NCBI GenBank assembly: GCA_943788175.1
Contig: CALSPG010000010.1
Location: 13,394-77,393, forward strand
Direction: 5' to 3'
Source: an uncultured bacterium
GTDB lineage: Bacteria; Fidelibacterota; Marinisomatia; Marinisomatales; UBA1611
Length of the DNA stretch: 64,000 nucleotides
The notes beneath the pieces were generated by a model. That model ran no database searches. It was given only the letters and a program-made list of their open reading frames with translations, and was not told where the DNA came from. The stretch's first letter is position 1. Every line of letters begins with the position of its first letter. The position numbers and the translations under genes were made by a program. Shown piece by piece: positions 30,812 to 39,717 of this stretch.

Positions 30812-31537
30812 ATGAATGTACTTGATAACCCCAAGTATTCTCATTTATTAAAACGCCAGCCTTTTTATCATCGTATTGGTAAGACATTGCTATATAACTG
30901 GGCCAAGTTTATTTTTTTTTGGTACACACCACTGAGTGTTTTTGGCAAAGAGAATATTCCCAATGATTCTTTTATTTTTTGCAGCAATCATAATGCTCAT
31001 TTGGATGTCATTGCATTATCTCTTTCAGCAAATAAAAACTTTAATAATGTTGGAATGCTTGCAGCTAAAGACTATTGGTTCGATAACTGGCTTCGAAGAA
31101 ACATAATGAAACCGGTAATGAACCTCATTCCTCTTGGTCGAAAATCACACCTTGGAAAAGATATAACCTTTGAGCAAACTCTAGAATTATCAAATTGTTT
31201 TATGAATGTTGATAAGCGTTGTATTATTATATTTCCTGAGGGAACTAGAGGTCAACCAGATGTATTAAAACGATTTCGAAAAGGTCCAGCACGATTATCA
31301 ATAGGAACAGGAAAACCAATCCTTCCTGCCGTTGTCATGGGTTCAGGAAAATCTTGGCCAAAAGGAAAATTTATTTTTAAACCTGGTAAAATTCATGTTT
31401 ACATTCTAAAGCCTATAGACCCTAATTCATTCACTATAAGAGACAAAAATAATGAAAAAGACCTTTTCAAAACTGCAGAGGCCATGACAAAAGAATTAGA
31501 AGAAAAAATTACGAGTAAATTGGAAGAATTAACATGA
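30812..31537 (+). CDS. PlsC-family glycerolipid acyltransferase (candidate DHAP or lyso-alkyl-G3P acyltransferase)
   Basis: NHNAHLD (HX4D), AAKDYWF, FPEGTRG, PILP motifs. Confidence 0.9.
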   Translation: MNVLDNPKYSHLLKRQPFYHRIGKTLLYNWAKFIFFWYTPLSVFGKENIPNDSFIFCSNHNAHLDVIALSLSANKNFNNVGMLAAKDYWFDNWLRRNIMKPVMNLIPLGRKSHLGKDITFEQTLELSNCFMNVDKRCIIIFPEGTRGQPDVLKRFRKGPARLSIGTGKPILPAVVMGSGKSWPKGKFIFKPGKIHVYILKPIDPNSFTIRDKNNEKDLFKTAEAMTKELEEKITSKLEELT

Positions 31538-33306
31538 GTAGTAGTAAAAAAGAAAAGTTTTATGGAGTAAACGATGAACTCTGGGGCCATAAATGGGGTT
31601 TTAAAGATTCATCTTTTATAATAAATGATGACAATTCTATCACATTTACTGGCGCAAGGTATGATGGAATATCTGGAGAAAAATTGCCTTATCTAATCCC
31701 TTTTGTTACCAAAGTTTTAGATACAGAGATAAATAAGGAACCTTACTTTAAAGAAGTTAAAAAAAAGTTTGTTTCTGAACGGATATTAAACAGAGCGTTT
31801 ATTGATGCAATTGAATCTTCTTTTGCAGAAGATAAACTTTCATTAAGTGATGATGAGAGAATTCTTCACAGCCATGGCCAAAATTCTCCAGATGAAGTTT
31901 TCAAAGTATTGTATGACAAACTTGATAAGTTCACGGATCTTATTATTTATGTTGAAACTGAGGAAGACGTTGTTTTATTAATAGACCTCGCAAAAAAACA
32001 TAATGTGTGTCTTGTCCCATTTGGTGGCGGAACTAATGTCACAAATGCACTCCAGTTACCAAAGAATGAAACTAGAATGATAGTTACTGTTGACACAAGG
32101 AGATTAAATAGAATTATTTCTATAGATCAAAAAAATCTTCTAGTTGAAGTAGAGGCTGGTATTACAGGTAAAGAATTAGAAAAGCAACTTCAAGATAAAG
32201 GGTATACTACTGGCCACCAACCAGATAGTATTGAGCTATCTACTGTAGGTGGCTGGATATCTACTAATGCCGCAGGTATGAAAAAAAACCGATATGGAAA
32301 TATTGAAGATATTGTTCAAAACCTAGTTATGGTCACTCCAAATGGGATAATAAATCAAATTGAGCCACTGGTGAGGTCCTCAATTGGTATAAAAACACAA
32401 AACATTCTTTTCGGTTCTGAAGGCAATCTAGGTATAATAACAAAAGCCACAATGAAAATTCATAGATTACCAGAATGTAGTGACTATGAATCGGTTGTCA
32501 TGAAGGATTGGAATACTGGACTGGATTTTATGTACGAGCTCGCTCACTCAAATACAATACCTGCTAGTGCAAGAATGCTTGATAGTTTACACTATCAATT
32601 TGGAAGCGCATTAAAACCAGAAAAAACAAATTTCGGAAAATTCAAAAGTAAAATTCAAAAGTTAGCATTTAAAATTAAAAATTTCGATGCAGATCATTTT
32701 GTTGCAGCAGTCTTCAAACTAGAAGGAACATTTTCCGAAGTAGAATACCAAAGAAAAAATATAAAAAATCTTGCAAGAAAGTATAATGGATTGCTTGGTG
32801 GTCGCAAGGAAGGAAAAGTTGGTTACAACATAACAATGGTTATAGCATACATACGCGAATTTTTTGTACCACAGGGGATTCTTGGCGAAACTTTAGAAAC
32901 AGCAGTCCCATGGTCAAAAGTAAATCAAGTAAAAGACGAAGCAAATAAACTACTAACAAAATTGCACAAAGAATATAATCTTCCAGGAAAACCATTTTTT
33001 TGTTCAAGAGTTTCAAAAATTTATCACACTGGGGTTTGTATGTATAATACAATGGGAATTAATGTTAGAGGAGTTAAAAACCCTGAAAAAGTTTTTAGTG
33101 ATATTGAGCATAAAATTAGAGCTTGTTTTATTAAAAATGGCGGTTCAATCTCGCATCATCACGGAGTAGGAAAATTGAGGAAAGAGTTTATGCCCGAGAC
33201 CATTTCAATTGGTAGTATTCAGGTGATACAGAATATTAAAAAATCACAAGACCCAGATAACATATTTGGAATTGATAACAATATTGTAAACAAGATTCAG
33301 GATTAA
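31534..33306 (+). CDS. Alkyl-dihydroxyacetonephosphate synthase (AGPS/ADPS)-like flavoenzyme
   Basis: KWGFKDS, VPFGGGTNV, GHQPDSIELSTVGGWISTNAAGMKKNRYGNIEDIV, GSEGNLGIIT, PASARMLD, VIAYIRE, GVCMY, GGSISHHHGVGKLRK, DPDNIFG; all match AGPS-specific blocks as I recall them. Confidence 0.9.
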   Translation: MSSSKKEKFYGVNDELWGHKWGFKDSSFIINDDNSITFTGARYDGISGEKLPYLIPFVTKVLDTEINKEPYFKEVKKKFVSERILNRAFIDAIESSFAEDKLSLSDDERILHSHGQNSPDEVFKVLYDKLDKFTDLIIYVETEEDVVLLIDLAKKHNVCLVPFGGGTNVTNALQLPKNETRMIVTVDTRRLNRIISIDQKNLLVEVEAGITGKELEKQLQDKGYTTGHQPDSIELSTVGGWISTNAAGMKKNRYGNIEDIVQNLVMVTPNGIINQIEPLVRSSIGIKTQNILFGSEGNLGIITKATMKIHRLPECSDYESVVMKDWNTGLDFMYELAHSNTIPASARMLDSLHYQFGSALKPEKTNFGKFKSKIQKLAFKIKNFDADHFVAAVFKLEGTFSEVEYQRKNIKNLARKYNGLLGGRKEGKVGYNITMVIAYIREFFVPQGILGETLETAVPWSKVNQVKDEANKLLTKLHKEYNLPGKPFFCSRVSKIYHTGVCMYNTMGINVRGVKNPEKVFSDIEHKIRACFIKNGGSISHHHGVGKLRKEFMPETISIGSIQVIQNIKKSQDPDNIFGIDNNIVNKIQD

Positions 33307-33309
33307 TCT

Positions 33310-34110
33310 TTGGACCTTGTTAATAAAGTATGCGTAATAACTGGAGCGTCTTCCGGTATTGGAAAATCTTTAGCAACAAAACTTTCCCTAAGAGGTGCTA
33401 AAGTTGTTTTAGCCGCAAGAAGAAACTCTAAACTTGAAGAAATAAGACAAGGCATTGAAAAAGAAGGCGGTAAATGCTTTGGTGTGAAAACAGATATTAC
33501 TAAAAAATTAGAATGTAAGAATCTCATTGATGAGACAATTAATCGATATAAAAAAATAGATATATTAATTCTAGCTGCTGGTGTAAGTATGTGGTCCCCA
33601 TTTGAAGAAATATCTGATATTTCTTTTTTTGATGACCTTATGGCCACTAATTATACTGGTGCAGTCCATTGCGTTCATGCAGCCTTACCTAGCCTTATAT
33701 CAACAAATGGTATGATTGTTTCCTGCTCAACTGCACAAGCGATTGTAGGATTTACAAACCATTCTGGTTATGCTGCCTCAAAACATGCTTTGCACGGTTT
33801 TTTAGATACTTTAGAAATGGAACTTAATGGTAAAGTAAAATTTTTAGAAACTTGTTTGGGTTGGATTAAAGGAACAAATATGCGATCTAATGCATTTGGT
33901 CCTAATGGTAAAAAAATGGGCGAAACAAAAAGAAAACACAGTAGTAATTCTGTTGATCTAGATGTTTGTATTGAAAAAATAATTTCTGCTATAGTAATTG
34001 AAAAAGAGAAAGTTTACATTCCTTGGAAGCTGAAATTGATTCCATTTCTTGATTTATTTTTTGGAAAATTTCTAAGAAACAAAATAAATAGAGCAGTACA
34101 CTCTGAATAA
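33310..34110 (+). CDS. NADPH-type short-chain dehydrogenase/reductase, DHRS7/DHRS7B-like (candidate acyl/alkyl-DHAP reductase)
   Basis: TGASSGIG, ARR (NADP preference), YAASKHALHGFLDTL; TTG start 3 nt after AGPS stop. Confidence 0.8.
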   Translation: MDLVNKVCVITGASSGIGKSLATKLSLRGAKVVLAARRNSKLEEIRQGIEKEGGKCFGVKTDITKKLECKNLIDETINRYKKIDILILAAGVSMWSPFEEISDISFFDDLMATNYTGAVHCVHAALPSLISTNGMIVSCSTAQAIVGFTNHSGYAASKHALHGFLDTLEMELNGKVKFLETCLGWIKGTNMRSNAFGPNGKKMGETKRKHSSNSVDLDVCIEKIISAIVIEKEKVYIPWKLKLIPFLDLFFGKFLRNKINRAVHSE

Positions 34111-34133
34111 TGTACTAAGCTTTGCTTTTTTAA

Positions 34134-35279
34134 TTACTTTACCATTTTTAAATATTTAGATATAATTCTCAACATTATTTCGTCTGTACCACCACCTATT
34201 GAGTGGAGTCGTCCATCTCGGTATAGTTTTGCTGCTTGATTTTCCCAAGTGAATCCCATTCCACCATAGTACTGAATACACGTATCAGCAACCTCTCGAA
34301 TTAATCTACCACTCTTTAATTTTGCCATTGATGCCAATAAAGTAACATCCTCGCCTCTGATGTAATTTTCACACGCCCTATATATCAAAGACCTTAAAGC
34401 TTCTACTTCTGTTTTTAACTCAGATAAGCGAAATTGAATTGCTTGATTATCAATTATATTTTTTCCAAATGCTTTTCTTTCGCTACAATATTCTATTGTG
34501 TAATCTATACAATTATCCATTGAAACAAGTATGCTTGCTGCTAGAAAGAGCCTTTCTTCTTGAAACTGCTCCATTTGCATCTTGAAACCATCCCCTTCAA
34601 TTCCAATTCTATATTTTTGAGGAACACATACATTATCAAAATAGACTGGTGCTGTATCTGAAGATCTAAAACCTAGTTTGTCAATTTTATCACCAATACT
34701 TACTCCTTTTGTATTTGACGGTATTATAATTAAGGACTTATTTATATGAGGTTTATCATCACTTGTATTAACTAGCGTACAAAAATAGTCAGCTTGAGTT
34801 GCATTTGTTATCCACATTTTTTGACCATTAATTATGTAATCCTTTCCTCTTTTAATAGCATTAGTTTTTAGCGATGATACATCTGAACCACCACCAACTT
34901 CACTTATAGCAACAGAAGTAACTTTTTCACCTTTAATTGCAGGAACTAAAAACTCCTTTTTTAATTCTTCAGAACCATACCGCTCAAGGGCTGGTGTTGC
35001 CATATCAGTTTGCACACCTATTGCTGTAACTACACCACAATCGTCAGCGTGTCCTAAGGCCTCAGCAAATATTAGACCATAACTATAATCTAAACCCATG
35101 CCGCCAAAATCTTCACTCTTGGTTATACCAAGCAAATCCAGTTTACCCATTTTTTTAAACAAATCATGAGCAGGAAAAAAACCATTTTGTTCCCATTCAT
35201 CGGCAAAAGGTTTGATCTCTTTTTTTACAAATTCTTTTACCGTATTAAACAATGCTTTTTTTTCTTCATTCAAATACAT
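34134..35279 (-). CDS. atuD: Acyl-CoA dehydrogenase, citronellyl-CoA dehydrogenase (AtuD)-like
   Basis: GVQTDMATPAL, SEVGGGSDV, NGQKMWITNATQAD, QFQEERL, SIGGGTDEIM; atu context. Confidence 0.75.
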   Translation of the reverse strand: MYLNEEKKALFNTVKEFVKKEIKPFADEWEQNGFFPAHDLFKKMGKLDLLGITKSEDFGGMGLDYSYGLIFAEALGHADDCGVVTAIGVQTDMATPALERYGSEELKKEFLVPAIKGEKVTSVAISEVGGGSDVSSLKTNAIKRGKDYIINGQKMWITNATQADYFCTLVNTSDDKPHINKSLIIIPSNTKGVSIGDKIDKLGFRSSDTAPVYFDNVCVPQKYRIGIEGDGFKMQMEQFQEERLFLAASILVSMDNCIDYTIEYCSERKAFGKNIIDNQAIQFRLSELKTEVEALRSLIYRACENYIRGEDVTLLASMAKLKSGRLIREVADTCIQYYGGMGFTWENQAAKLYRDGRLHSIGGGTDEIMLRIISKYLKMVK

Positions 35280-35304
35280 TTATTATCCTTTATTGTGATA
35301 TAAA

Positions 35305-36105
35305 TTATTTTTTAATTGTCCACGATGGTTTACGTTTATTAAAAAAAGAGTCAAATCCTTCTCTTCCATCATTACTAATAATACTATCAGAAAATAAATC
35401 AGCTGCTCTCCGGGAATCAATATTTTGGTTTAAGGACAATATTTTTTTAGTAGTCGCTATTGCAGCAGGCGAGCAGTTGATGACATCAGATTTAAAATCG
35501 TTTATTTTTTTTTCAAGTGCCTCATTATTATTTGCAACAAAATCAACCAATCCAATTTTACTTGCCTCCAACCCATCAATTATAGTTCCCAAAAGCATCA
35601 TTTTTCTCGCTTTTGAATAGCCTAATTTATTTATTACATATTTTGAAATTTGTGATGGCGTTAGACCTATTTTAGTTTCAGTGAGACCAAATTTTGTATT
35701 TTCCAAAGATATAACAAAATCTGAAGCACACGCGATCCCAAAACCGCCAGCAAGTGCAAACCCCTCCGTAACCGAAACGACAATTTGAGGCGCTTGATTT
35801 ATCACTTTAAGTAATTTCCCAATGGTCATACTAAAATCATATGCTTGATTTTTAGCTTCTTTTCCTGATTCAGTTATTTTTTTCATTTTTTTTAAATCTG
35901 CTCCAGCACAAAATACACCACCATCACCCCTTAAAAAAATTGCACGAATATCTTTATTATCCTTTGCAACGTCAAAGACAATTAATAGTTCTTCGACTAA
36001 ACTTTCTTTAAGGGAATTCCTGTTTACCGCATTATTAAACAGTATTTCTAGCCAACCATTTTTATTATTTAATATAAGATCTTGTGTTTTTGGAAATTGA
36101 TTCAT
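35305..36105 (-). CDS. atuE: Enoyl-CoA hydratase, isohexenylglutaconyl-CoA hydratase (AtuE)-like
   Basis: FCAGADLK, AGGFGIACASD, FGLTETKIG, KRKPSW; start placed at MNQFP. Confidence 0.7.
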   Translation of the reverse strand: MNQFPKTQDLILNNKNGWLEILFNNAVNRNSLKESLVEELLIVFDVAKDNKDIRAIFLRGDGGVFCAGADLKKMKKITESGKEAKNQAYDFSMTIGKLLKVINQAPQIVVSVTEGFALAGGFGIACASDFVISLENTKFGLTETKIGLTPSQISKYVINKLGYSKARKMMLLGTIIDGLEASKIGLVDFVANNNEALEKKINDFKSDVINCSPAAIATTKKILSLNQNIDSRRAADLFSDSIISNDGREGFDSFFNKRKPSWTIKK

Positions 36106-36142
36106 TCTGTATCCATAATTTAAAAAAGTCTGCCTTAAGTAA

Positions 36143-37765
36143 TTATAACCTAGCGATACCAAAACTATTAGATTTGGTAGTGCGGTTTAACGTTTCCCAA
36201 AATGTATCTAATAAAAAACCGAGGATTTCTCTTGTTTTGACTGGTTCAATAATACCATAGTCTAATCCTCTACCAGAAGTGGTAAAAGCATCAGATTGAG
36301 CATTATATTTTTCAGCAATTTTAATTATTTGGTTTTTCAATTTTTCATTATCTATCTCTACACCTTTTCTTTTAGCAGAACTAATCATAACCTGCTCCAT
36401 GGTTTTTGCAGCTTGTTCTCCTCCCATTACACCAATCATTGCATTAGGCCACGAAAATATAAAATCAGGCTTATAAGCATACCCACACATAGCATAATTT
36501 CCTGCTCCAAAACTAGCACCTATATTAAAAGTTATTTTAGGAACTCTTACATTTGATACCGCTTGAATTAACTTTGCTCCATGTTTAATCATACCAAGTT
36601 GCTCAGATTGTTTTCCAACCATAAACCCAGTTGTATTACTTAAAAATATTAATGGGATATTTGACTGATCACATAATTGAATGAATTGAGCTGCTTTTGT
36701 AGCACCGTTTGGGTCAATGGGGCCATTATTACCTATTACCCCACAGGGATGACCATAAATTTTTGTTTGGATACAGACAGTGGAAACACCATAGAGAGGC
36801 TTAAAATCAATAAAATCAGAACCGTCAACAAGCCTTGCCACAACCTCTCGAACATCGTAAGGGATTTTGTAATCAGCAGAGACAACCCCAATTAATTCAT
36901 TCACATCATAAATTGGATTATCAAACGAGATGTTTTCACGACTCTTTAAACTAGAATTCCAATCAATTTTATCAATTACTTCTCGTGTGATTTTTATGGC
37001 ATGTTCATCATCTTCAGCAAGATATTCTACTAAACCTGTAATTCTTGCATGCATTTCGCTGCCACCTAACTCATCTTTATCTGCGATCTGTCCAGTCGCT
37101 GCTTTTAGCAATGCTGGTCCAGCTAATGCAGCCATTCCATTTTTTTTTACACCTACTACGTAGTCACTCATACCAGGTTGATATGCACCACCTGCCGTAG
37201 ACAGACCATGCAATATTGCAATTGTAGGAATTCCTGCAGCACTAAGTTTTGCAAGTCCATAAAACATACCTCCAGTATTAGACCAAAATTCAACTGTATA
37301 GTTCATTAAATTAATTCCAGCACTTTCAACAAGGTGAATAAATGGTAATTTTTGTTTTAAGGATATTTCTAAGCAACCTAATGCTTTATCAATCGATTTT
37401 GCGGTCAAGGCGCCCGCATTTATTCCACTATCATCAACAAAGACCATACTTCGGACACCACTTATAAATCCAATGCCAGCAATTACACTAGCTCCGGAGA
37501 TGCTAGTATCTTCATTATTATCATCTACTAAATAACTAATCATATTAAATAATTCTATAAAAGACGTATTAGGATCTAATAATGCTGAAAGTCTTTCTCT
37601 AGGAGTAAGCTGCCCTCTTTCAATAAATTTTTCTCTTCGTCTTTCTGACACCTTTTCAGCTCGTCCTTTTATAGAATTCATTTTTTTAATTAACGAACCA
37701 AACTGATTTTTATTATTTATAAAATTCTCGGATTCAGAATCTATTTTAGTTTTAAATATTGTCAT
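36143..37765 (-). CDS. atuC: Acyl-CoA carboxylase beta subunit, geranyl-CoA carboxylase (AtuC)-like
   Basis: RGQLTPRER, HLVESAG, TAGGAYQPGMSDY, NTTGFMVG, GASFGAGNYAMCG, C-terminal FGIARL. Confidence 0.8.
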   Translation of the reverse strand: MTIFKTKIDSESENFINNKNQFGSLIKKMNSIKGRAEKVSERRREKFIERGQLTPRERLSALLDPNTSFIELFNMISYLVDDNNEDTSISGASVIAGIGFISGVRSMVFVDDSGINAGALTAKSIDKALGCLEISLKQKLPFIHLVESAGINLMNYTVEFWSNTGGMFYGLAKLSAAGIPTIAILHGLSTAGGAYQPGMSDYVVGVKKNGMAALAGPALLKAATGQIADKDELGGSEMHARITGLVEYLAEDDEHAIKITREVIDKIDWNSSLKSRENISFDNPIYDVNELIGVVSADYKIPYDVREVVARLVDGSDFIDFKPLYGVSTVCIQTKIYGHPCGVIGNNGPIDPNGATKAAQFIQLCDQSNIPLIFLSNTTGFMVGKQSEQLGMIKHGAKLIQAVSNVRVPKITFNIGASFGAGNYAMCGYAYKPDFIFSWPNAMIGVMGGEQAAKTMEQVMISSAKRKGVEIDNEKLKNQIIKIAEKYNAQSDAFTTSGRGLDYGIIEPVKTREILGFLLDTFWETLNRTTKSNSFGIARL

Positions 37766-37786
37766 TCACTTTACCTATTTTATCGA

Positions 37787-39577
37787 TCAAAAATTATCTT
37801 TTGTTATTTTTTTATAAATTAATTCTGGAATCGCAATCTTTGCATTTAAAATGTATTGAGCATAAGCCTTTCCCTGGGGGTCAAGAAGTAAGCTCGACAT
37901 TCCACCACCTCCTAGACTATTTTTTACTAAAAAGTTCAATCCATTTATTTTTGGTAGCTCCCAGCAAACAACAGATTTTTCAGTACAATTTTTAAAAAAA
38001 GAAGATATTTTTTCCGTAGTCAAAGTTTTTTTTATATATGAAAAATATTCAGGCTCTCTAGAAATAATACCAACGTTTACATGATTACCTTTATCCCCAC
38101 TTCTAGCATATGCCAAATTTATTAAACGAGTTTCAAAACTATAATCGCTAGTATTACCACCTAACTTCGCAGGCGTTGTATTTGAAGAGATATTTAATTT
38201 ATCAGAATTTTCAATTTCAACGGATTCTACGGTATTATTAAAATCAATCTGGCATTTAACTTTCTTTTTATCTAACATAAAAGAAAATAAATTAATTGAC
38301 GGAGAAATTGATGGCCTTCCACCTAAATAGTTCATTATACCCGGAGCCATCCCAGTAGCCGCTTGAGCTATTTCCCTAGATAATATAATAAGAGCTTCTT
38401 TTTCTTCATGCCTTGCAGCAACTCTTAATACCACTTCATTGCTACCTTTGAAATTACTATGATCATTGATATTTTCAGATCCTATTACAGAAACATTAAT
38501 ATCTTTATATGCAGAAAAATTTTGTTCAATAAAAATATCTTTAGTTCTTTTTAAAATGGAATTACCAACAGAGTATGCTTTTTTTACGGCTTTCGGACCA
38601 CCTATAACTAAAGTTGCAACAGTTTTAAATCCGTCTTGGTATGTTGCAGACACTTTATAGAAGTTTGAAGGCCTGTTGCCTTTCACTCCTTTTACCGAAA
38701 CGACATCATTACCCTTATCTTTAATGGAGACATTTGTGAAATCACATATCACATCGGGAAGGAGGTAACTACTCGGATTTCCAATTTCGTACAAAAACTG
38801 TTCTGCAACTGTTCCAAAATTGACAATTCCTCCAGTATTTTTAGGCTTTGTAACAATAAAGTTACCATTTTTTTCTACTTCTATAATTGGAAACCCAATA
38901 TTATCAAACCTTTCTACAGATTCCCAATCAGTAAAGTTTCCACCAGTGCATTGAGCTCCACACTCAATAATGTGCCCTGCTAGACTACCACTAGCAAGGA
39001 GGTCATAGTCATCAGTCTTCCAATCAAATTCATACATTAAAGGACCAAGTACTAAAGCACTATCAACGCATCTGCCAGTAATTACTATATCAGCATCAAG
39101 CTCTAAGGCTGCCTTTATTCCTGGAGCACCTAGATACGCATTCACGCTTAATAAGTTTTCTGGAAGGGACTCATTTGTATCAATTTCTTTGATATTACTT
39201 GAGCGTAAATCTTTTTCAAGATGTAAAAGATCATCACCTTCAAGTATTATAATTTTTAAATCAACAGCTTCTTTTTTTGCTTCTTCAAGCAATGCTTTTC
39301 TACACGCTTCAAGATTCACTCCACCAGCATTACTTATAATTTTGATGTTCTTTTCTTTAATTTTTTTTATTAAAGGACCAACGTGGTTTATAAAATCTTT
39401 AGCATAACCATGACTATTATTTTTTAATTTTGCACCTGCCAAAATTGACATTGAAACCTCTGCTAAGTAGTCAAAAACTAAATAATTAATGTTGCCCTTA
39501 TTTACTAATTGAGGGGCAGCAATATCGGTGTCACCCCAAAACCCTGATGCACAACCTATTTTAACCTTTTTTTTCAA
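37787..39577 (-). CDS. atuA: Acyclic terpene utilization AtuA (DUF1446) protein
   Basis: IGCASGFWGD, VFDYLAEVSMSIL, NAYLGA, TGRCVDSA, GHIIECGAQCTGGNF, ARSGDKG, DPQGK. Confidence 0.93.
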   Translation of the reverse strand: MKKKVKIGCASGFWGDTDIAAPQLVNKGNINYLVFDYLAEVSMSILAGAKLKNNSHGYAKDFINHVGPLIKKIKEKNIKIISNAGGVNLEACRKALLEEAKKEAVDLKIIILEGDDLLHLEKDLRSSNIKEIDTNESLPENLLSVNAYLGAPGIKAALELDADIVITGRCVDSALVLGPLMYEFDWKTDDYDLLASGSLAGHIIECGAQCTGGNFTDWESVERFDNIGFPIIEVEKNGNFIVTKPKNTGGIVNFGTVAEQFLYEIGNPSSYLLPDVICDFTNVSIKDKGNDVVSVKGVKGNRPSNFYKVSATYQDGFKTVATLVIGGPKAVKKAYSVGNSILKRTKDIFIEQNFSAYKDINVSVIGSENINDHSNFKGSNEVVLRVAARHEEKEALIILSREIAQAATGMAPGIMNYLGGRPSISPSINLFSFMLDKKKVKCQIDFNNTVESVEIENSDKLNISSNTTPAKLGGNTSDYSFETRLINLAYARSGDKGNHVNVGIISREPEYFSYIKKTLTTEKISSFFKNCTEKSVVCWELPKINGLNFLVKNSLGGGGMSSLLLDPQGKAYAQYILNAKIAIPELIYKKITKDNF

Positions 39578-39717
39578 ATACTATAACCTTTCAAACATTG
39601 ATTCATTAATTATACAAAAAAAATAAGCACTCAAACATGATAAAATGGAATTCGTTAAATATCTGTAATTATCTATCATTTAAATATATTTTCAGTATAA
39701 ATAAACTAATAAAATAT

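Noticed and set aside
34096-34133. Weak inverted repeat (AGTACA/TGTACT) at the SDR/atuD convergence
   Set aside because: 6-bp stem with a long loop; too weak to call a terminator.
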